A stretch of DNA of 64,000 bases from the human T2T-CHM13v2.0 reference genome, Homo sapiens, in assembly GCF_009914755.1 (NCBI RefSeq), contig NC_060931.1, one strand, 5' to 3'. Shown piece after piece: positions 56,990 through 64,000 of the stretch (position 1 is its first letter; each line of letters starts with the position of its first letter). The notes beneath the pieces were generated by a model. The model worked only from the letters and a program-made list of their open reading frames with translations, did not search any database and was not told the origin of the DNA. A program made the translations under genes and the position numbers.

Positions 56990-57830
56990 GTACAATGTCT
57001 GTCCTCTGCCACAGCCAGTAGTGCCACAGTAGATTTATGCTGCACAAAAGCTGTGAGCCTTCTGCCTGGGGAATCCCCACAAAAGGTCCCAACAGGAGTC
57101 TGTGGACCCTTGCCAGCAGGGACAATAGGATTACTTCTAGGAAGGTCTAGTTTAAATTTAAAAGGGGTGCAAATACATACAGGAGTCATTGATTCAGATT
57201 ACAATGGGGAAATTCAAATTGTTGTACCTAGTTCTGTTCCCTGGAAAGCAGAGCCAGGAGAGTGCATAGCACAGCTCCTGATTGTGCCGTATGTAGGAAT
57301 GGGAAAAAGTGAAATTAAACGAACAGGAGGATTTGGAAGCACAAATAAACAAGGCAAAGCAGCTTATTGAGTGAATCGAATTACTGATAAACGTCCTACC
57401 TGTGAAATAACTATTCAAGGAAAGAAATTTAAAGGTTTGGTGGATACAGGAGCGGACCTTTCAATCATTTCTCTACAGCACTGGTTGTCCACGTGGCCAA
57501 TTCAACCCACTCAATTTAACATAGTTGGAGTTGGTAAAGCCCCTGAAGTATATCAAAGTAGTTATATTTTGCATTGTGAAGGGCCCAATGGACAACCTGG
57601 GACTATTCAACCAATTATAACTTCTGTACCTATAAATTTATAGGGAAGAGATTTATTATAACAATGGAGAGCACAAGTTCTAATTCCAGAACAATTATAT
57701 AGCCCTCAAAGTCAACATACAATGCATGAAATGGGGTATGTCCCTGGTATGGGACTAGAAAAAAATTTCCAAGGTTAGAAAAAACCTCTTCAAGTGAAAA
57801 GACAAAGTTCCCGCCAAAGATTAGGATATG
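56990..57830 (+). pseudogene. HML-3 pro remnant: dUTPase + aspartyl protease + G-patch
   Basis: dUTPase motifs SATVDL, GRSS, GVIDSDYNGE, IAQL, RTGGFGST; protease LVDTGAD; stops at 57368 and 57641. Confidence 0.9.
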
Positions 57831-57834
57831 ATTT

Positions 57835-59762
57835 TTGATGGTGGTCATTGTTAAGCCTCCAGAACCTATACCTTTAAAATGGTTAACAGATAAGCCAATT
57901 TGGATAGAACAATGGCCACTAAGTAAAGAGAAACTGGAGGCTTTAGAGGAATTAGTTACTGAACAATTAGAAAATGGGCACATAACTCCAACATTTTCCC
58001 CTTGGAATTCTCCAGTTTTCATAATTAAGAAAAAATCAGGTAAATGGAGAACGTTAACTGACTTAAGAGCCATCAATTCAGTTATACAACCTATGGGAGC
58101 ATTACAGCCAGGATTACCTTCTGCTATAATTCCAAAAATTGGCCTTTAATAGTCATAGATTTAAAAGACTGTTTATTTACTATCCCTTTAGCTGAGTAAG
58201 ACTGTGAACGGTTTGCATTTACAATTCCTGCAGTAAATAACCTGCAGCCTACTAAGCATTATCACTGGAAAGTATTGCCACGAGGCATGTCAAACAGTCC
58301 AACAATTTGCCAGACATATGTAGGGCAAGCAATTGAACCTACTCATAAAAAATTTTCAGTGTTACATTATTCATTATATGGATGATATATTTTGTGTTGT
58401 CCCCACTCGAGAAATATTACTCCAATGTTATGATCACTTGCAAAATTCTATTTCTCATGCTGGTTTAATTGTAGCTCCTGACAAAATTCAGACTACTACT
58501 CCTTACTCTTACTTGGGGACCTTAGTAAATGACACTACCATTGTGCCACAGAAAGTAACCATATGTAGGGATCAATTGAAAACATTAAATGACTTTCAAA
58601 AATTACTAGGGGACATTAATTGGATATGATCTGCTCTAGGCATTCCTACCTATGCCATGAGTAATCTGTTTTCTATCCTTAGAGGAAATCCTAGTCTCAC
58701 TAGCCCTCAGCAATTAACAAAGGAGGCTGAGGCAGAGTTACAACTAATTGAGAAGCAAGTCCATAAAGCTCAGATAAATGGAATAGATCCAGAGAAGGCT
58801 CTAGATTTGCTAATTTTTTTCAACTCAGCATTCATCTACTGGTGTTATTGTCCAAGAACAGGACTTAGTAGAGTGGCTTTTTCTTCCATATAATAATTCA
58901 CGGACTCTAACTCCTTATTTAGATAAAATCGCTACTATGATAGGGATTGGGAGAACTCGGATTGTTAAATTACATGGATATGATCCTGGAAAAATTATTG
59001 TCCCTCTCACAAAGGCACAAATACAGCAAGCTTTTATAAGTAGTCTTATTTGGCAAACCCATTTAGCTGACTTTCTGGGTATTCTTGATAATCATTTTCC
59101 TAAAATGAAACTGTTTCAGTTTTTGAAATTAGCTAATTGGATTCTCCCTAAAATAACTAAATTTAAACCAATTGAAGGTGCTGAGAATGTTTTTACAGAT
59201 GGGTCTAGTAATGGTAAAGCTTCTTATTCTGGAACAAAAACTAAAGTTTTCCAGATGCCCTATACTTCAGCTCAAAAAGCGGAGCTTGTAGCTGTAATTG
59301 AGGTATTGACTGCTTTTAATATACCTATTAATGTGATTTCTGATTCTTCATATGTGGTTCATTCCACACAGTTAATTAAAAATGCTCAGTTACAATGTCA
59401 AACAGATGAATAACTGATGACAAAAACAAAAAAGGGGGAGAAACAGGGATTACAGGACAGCCCATACACAACTGAATCTAGCATTATTAACTTTAAATTT
59501 TTTGAGCCTGCCGAAAAGCCAGATGTTATCAGCAGCTGAACAGCATCTACAGAAACCAGCTGCAAAGACAGAAGCAGAACAACTGGTTTGGTGGAGAGAT
59601 CCGATAACAAAAAGTTGGGAAATAGGTAAAATAATAACTTGGGGTACAGGCTATGCTTTTGTTTCTCCAGGCCAGAACCAGCAGCTGATTTGGAGACCAT
59701 CAAGACACCTGAAACCTTATCATGAACCAGATGCCAAGGAAGAGATTCTGGAAGGATCCTGA
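57835..59762 (+). pseudogene. HML-3 pol remnant: RT, RNase H, integrase C-terminus (core deleted)
   Basis: [32 protein letters not shown]; HYMDDI; FTDGSSNG..SAQKAEL..SDSSY; VWWRDPITKSWEIGKIITWG. Frameshifted. Confidence 0.9.
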
Positions 59763-60840
59763 GGACCCCCGTGGTTGCAGCCATGTTAAGGCTGATGCTG
59801 AGGAGGACCCCAACTGTCACGAGCAACACCCAACAAACACAGCCACCCACCTGGGGACAGACCAAGAAGCTGCCACAGATGGCAGAAGAAAACCTGAAGA
59901 AAGCAGGACAACCAGTCACAATGAGTAATTTAATGGTAGCTATGATAGCGGTTATCACCACTGCTGTGAGTATTCCTTCAATAAGGGCTGACACAGGGAA
60001 CAATTATACTTATTGGGCATATTTATCAATCTTCGCTGGCAATAATGCCTGGATGTAATCACTCTATGATGCAGTTACACATGTTTTCTGATCTCAGTAT
60101 TTACCATAACAAATCTGCTCCTATAATTGAGGCATACCGCCCTCAAAAACCTATCCGTAAACAGAACTGGACCTGGCCAGAAAAAATGAACGTACTTGTT
60201 TAGGAAGATTGCATTGCAGAACATGCAGAGATGCTGCACAATGATTCCTATGGAATCATTATTAATTGATCCCCTAAGGGGATGTTTAGCTTAAATTGCA
60301 CCTCTCAGTCCATGTGCCACAGCCACACTATATTCAGCTGATCTGAACAAAATGATCAGATGGTAGATATAATAAGTATGGCAAGAGTTCCTATTATCTG
60401 GAACCGTGGCAGTATAGTGGCACCTCAACCTCAAATGATATGGCCCACTGTAGGAGCTAAACATTAAGGATTTGTGGAAACTATTAATAGCTCTTAATAA
60501 GATCAAAATTTGGGAAAGAATAAAAAAGCATCTAGAAAGACACTCTATGAATTTGTTTTTGGATATTGCAAAATTAAAAGAACAAATATTTAAAGCATCC
60601 CAGGCACACCTGACCTTAATGCCAGGAACTGGAGTGCTTAAAGGAGCTGCAGACAGATTAGCAGCTAGTAACCCATTAAAATGGATAAAAACACTTGGAA
60701 GCTCTGTGATTTCAATGATGATTGTGCTTTTAATCTGTGTTGTTTGTCTTTGTGTAGTCTGCAGATGTGGATCCTGACTCCTGAGAGAAGTAGCTCACCA
60801 TGACAAAGCTGCCTTTGCTTGTATTGATTTGCAAATCAAA
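59722..60840 (+). pseudogene. HML-3 env remnant (signal peptide, part of SU, TM C-terminus)
   Basis: PPTWGQTKKLPQMA..LMVAMIAVITTAVSIP (betaretroviral signal peptide); WERIKKHL..LDIAKLKEQIF..NPLKWIKTLG plus hydrophobic TM segment. Confidence 0.82.
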
Positions 60841-60851
60841 GAATGGGGACA

Positions 60852-61364
60852 TATTGGGAGCAGGCCCCCCAAAATCTGGCCATAAACTGGCCCCAAAACT
60901 GGCCATAAACAAAATCTCTGCAGCACTGTGACATGCTCATGATGGCCATAACGCCCATGCTGGAAGGTTGTGAGTTTACTGGAATGAAGGCAAGGAACAC
61001 CTGGCCTGCCCAGGACAGAAAACCACTTAAAGGCATTCTTAAACCATAAACAATAGCATGAGTGATCTGTGCCTTAAGGGCATGTTCCTGCTGCAGATAA
61101 CTAGCCAGACCCATCCCTTTATTTCGGGCCATCCCTTCATTTCCCATAAGGGATACTTTTAGTTAATTGAATATCTATAGAAACAATGCTAATGACTGGT
61201 TTGCTGTTAATAAATACATGGGTAAATCTCTGTTCGGGGCTCTCAGCTCTGAAGGCTGTGAGACCCCTGATTTCCCACTTTACACCTCTATATTTCTGTG
61301 TGTGTGTCTTTAATTCCTCTAGCACCACTCGGTTAGGGTCTCCCTGACTGAGCTGGTCTCGGCA
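60852..61364 (+). mobile_element. MER9 3' LTR
   Basis: tattgggagcaggcccccc..ggtctcggca; AATAAA 61209-61214. Confidence 0.92.
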
Positions 61365-61519
61365 CTTCTCTTTGCCTTGAAAGCAAGTACAGCGGACCTT
61401 CCTGGCATCAGAAAAAGGCCTCCAGAAAAAGAGACACAGGTACTAGCAATTGCAAATTATCCAGAGCCCTTCTAAGTTGTAAGATCTGAAGGAAATGTCT
61501 GCCATCTATATTCTCAGCC

Positions 61520-61880
61520 ACACTTAGTTTCTTAATCTGCAAGATAGAATTAATAATAGTACTTACTTTATGACGCTGTTGCAGAAATTCATTGAGTTGC
61601 TACACGCCAAACACTGAGAACCCAGCTGGGCATATAATAAGCATTCTATTGCATGGCATTATTGCCATCATTTTTACTTCTATTACTGCTACTGCTTGTA
61701 ACTGCTTGTGCTTTTTTGATATGAAAGTCCACCATCAGGGAGCACTGTAGTGGAAAATGTATTAGGCCAGGCATAGCCTTTAGTTGTCTGGCCTTGGGTC
61801 CTTCATCTGTGATATTCAGTTAACAATACCTAGCCAGTAGGGGTGTTAAAGATTAAATAAATGTGAGAATGTGCCTGTTG
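61520..61880 (+). mobile_element. Two MIR fragments
   Basis: agtttcttaatctgcaagatagaattaataatagtactta; tcatctgtga..aagattaaataaatg. Confidence 0.55.
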
Positions 61881-62111
61881 CTTAATCTTCCTCAAAGGGT
61901 TATGGACTCTCAGAGCCAGAAGAAGGTCCTCTCTCCTTTGCTCCTCGTATGCTGGGATCCGCCACATCAACGGCAACAGGTGGGCCTCCAGAATTTGCTC
62001 CAGGGTGTTTGGAAGTCCTGACACCCTCCTGATCTTCTCTGTAACATGCACACTTTGGCCTGTGTCAGTTTGCTGGAACCACATCAAGCCGGCCCTCTTC
62101 CTGGGACAAAA

Positions 62112-62138
62112 TTCTTTCTTTTTCTCTTTTTCTCTTTT

Positions 62139-62186
<48 letters not shown>

Positions 62187-62702
62187 TTTTCTTTCTTTCT
62201 TTTTCTCTCTCTTTCTCTTTCTCTCTTTTTTCTTTTTCTCTCTCTCTCTTTCTTTCTCTTTCTCTCTTTCTTTCATTTTTCTTTCTTCCCCTTCCTTCCT
62301 TTCCTTCTTTCCTTCCCTTCCTTCCTTCCTTCCCTTCCATCCTTCCTTCTTTCTTTCTTTCCTTCCTTCCTTCCTTCCTTCCTTCCTTCCTTCCTTCCTT
62401 CCTTCCTTCCTTCCTTCCTTCCTTCCTTCCTCTCACTCCAGTGTCCAGGCTGAAGTGCAGTGCACTGAACATGGCTCACTGCAGCCTTCACCTCTTCAGC
62501 TCAAGTGATCCTCCAAACTCAGCCTCCCAGTAGCTGGGACTACAGATGCATGCCACCATGCCCAGCTAATTTGTGTATTTTTTGTAGTAACAGGATTTCA
62601 CCACATTGCCTAGTCCGGTCTCAAACTCCTGGCCTAAAGTGAGCCTTACACCTTGGCCTCCCAAAGTGCTGGGATTACAGGCATGAGCCACCGCACCTGC
62701 CC
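62112..62702 (-). mobile_element. AluJ (62430-62702) with tail expanded into (CTTT)n/(CCTT)n (62112-62430)
   Basis: Polypyrimidine tract followed by antisense Alu. Confidence 0.88.
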
Positions 62703-63075
62703 AGGAACAGAATATTGACCGCCATTTTAAAAGAATTCAAGAAGTTTGCTTGAATTCATGATCAAGCAGCTCACCAGCTGGGAATAATATAATGCCAATT
62801 CTTAGAGTAATGGCTAAATAAATCAGGATATAGCCATAGAACAGAATATGATGTAGAAAGCGAGGATGAAGTATTTCTTTATTTCTTCTTAAGAAAATAA
62901 CTCTAAGCATAACATTGAGAAAGAATGAGGTATTCCTTTATTTCCTATTAAAGAAAGAACTCTAATCATAACTTTGAGTGATAAAAGCAGGTCGTATGCT
63001 ATAATAACATTTAAATAATGCACACAAAATATAGCATATTTTAATTATATAGGAATGTTTATATGCATTCCATAT

Positions 63076-63430
63076 TGCGACAGTTAATTTTAAATACCGC
63101 ATGGCTAGGCATGGCCGAAGAGTATCTTAGATGTTTTTGTAAAGGTATTATTTAGGTAAGATTAACATTTAGATCAGTGTACTTTGAATAAAACAGATTA
63201 CTCTCCATAGCGGGATGGGCCTCACTTAATCAGTTGAAGGCCTTAAAAGAAATAAGGCTGACCTCCCCCAAGGAAGAAGGAATTACGCCTCCAGGCTTTC
63301 TTTGGACTCAGGGTGCAACATCACTTCTTCCCTGGGTCTCCACACTGATGGCTGGAGTTACCCTGTCTGCATATTTTGGACTTGCCAGCTTCCACAATTG
63401 TGTGACCCAATTCCTTATAATAAATCTCTC
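63076..63430 (+). mobile_element. MLT2 (ERVL) LTR running into a simple-repeat expansion
   Basis: gggcctcacttaatcagttgaaggcctt..ttttggacttgccagcttccacaattgtgtgacccaattcctt. Confidence 0.75.
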
Positions 63431-63445
63431 TTCTCTCTCTTTCTG

Positions 63446-63483
<38 letters not shown>

Positions 63484-64000
63484 CACACACACATAAATAT
63501 ATATAGATATATACACTTATGTATATATACATAAACCTATGTATACATACCTATTCCTTACCAATTCCTTACAATAAATCTCTATTCTCTCTCTTTCATT
63601 TTCTCTCTCTCTCTCTATATATATATGCATACACGTGTATAGATATATACGTGTATGTATATATACATAAATATATGTATACATAGATATGTGTACATAG
63701 ATATGTATGTGTACATAGATATGTGTATATAGATATATATTTGCACATATGTATATGCACACGTATCTATGCATACCTACATATATTTATGTACACATAT
63801 GCATGTGTATGTACACATATATGTATATATGCATATATACACAGATGCATGTACACATATATGTATATATGCATATATACACAGATGCATGTATACATGT
63901 GTACATATACATGCATATACACATGTATACATGTGTACATCATATATACACACATATACATATATGTGTATATATATGCACACACATATATATACACACA
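63430..64000. repeat. (CT)n then (TA/CA/TATG)n alternating purine-pyrimidine tract
   Basis: Directly visible. Confidence 0.92.

Larger units (their letters stand above)
55524..61364 (+). mobile_element. HERV-K(HML-3)/HERVK9 provirus with two MER9 LTRs and internally deleted gag-pro-pol-env
   Basis: Paired ~505-bp LTRs, about 8% divergent by hand count. Lys-tRNA PBS, PPT aaagaatggggaca before 60852. TSD cttct(c) 55519-55523 / 61365-61370. Betaretroviral ORF remnants present. Confidence 0.93.

Overview
Primate (probably human/hominine) intergenic or deep-intronic DNA. It is about two-thirds interspersed repeat, and I recognised no intact host protein-coding exon. Main contents: (1) a full-length processed pseudogene of exportin-T (XPOT, +, 26371-30570) whose 5' UTR has survived as a dense CpG island; (2) a 5'-truncated processed pseudogene of the PP2A B56-epsilon subunit (PPP2R5E, -, 38317-44344) with about 5 kb of 3' UTR, inserted into the linker of an Alu. 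Its 5' end is a MIR-derived segment joined at the MIR GTAAG donor position, with an in-frame ATG, which looks like a fossil of an unannotated isoform. (3) a full-length but dead L1PA (-, 47132-53265) stacked with an Alu and an older 5'-inverted L1 at one target site; (4) an internally deleted HERV-K(HML-3)/MER9 provirus (+, 55524-61364); (5) MER11 and MER50 solo LTRs, MaLR/MLT LTRs, an old L1M, L2, MIRs, hAT MITEs, about 50 Alus and simple repeats. Structures not explained by these: an ungapped 194-bp, about 88%-identical inverted repeat of apparently non-repetitive sequence (12675-12868 / 15010-15203), a templated-insertion scar that preserves the pre-insertion site of the Alu/PPP2R5E locus (46311-46520), and a fold-back hairpin inside an AluJ. 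Most ORFs in the supplied track are Alu or low-complexity artefacts. Repeat subfamily names come from recalled consensus sequences, not a database search, and many repeat boundaries are approximate.
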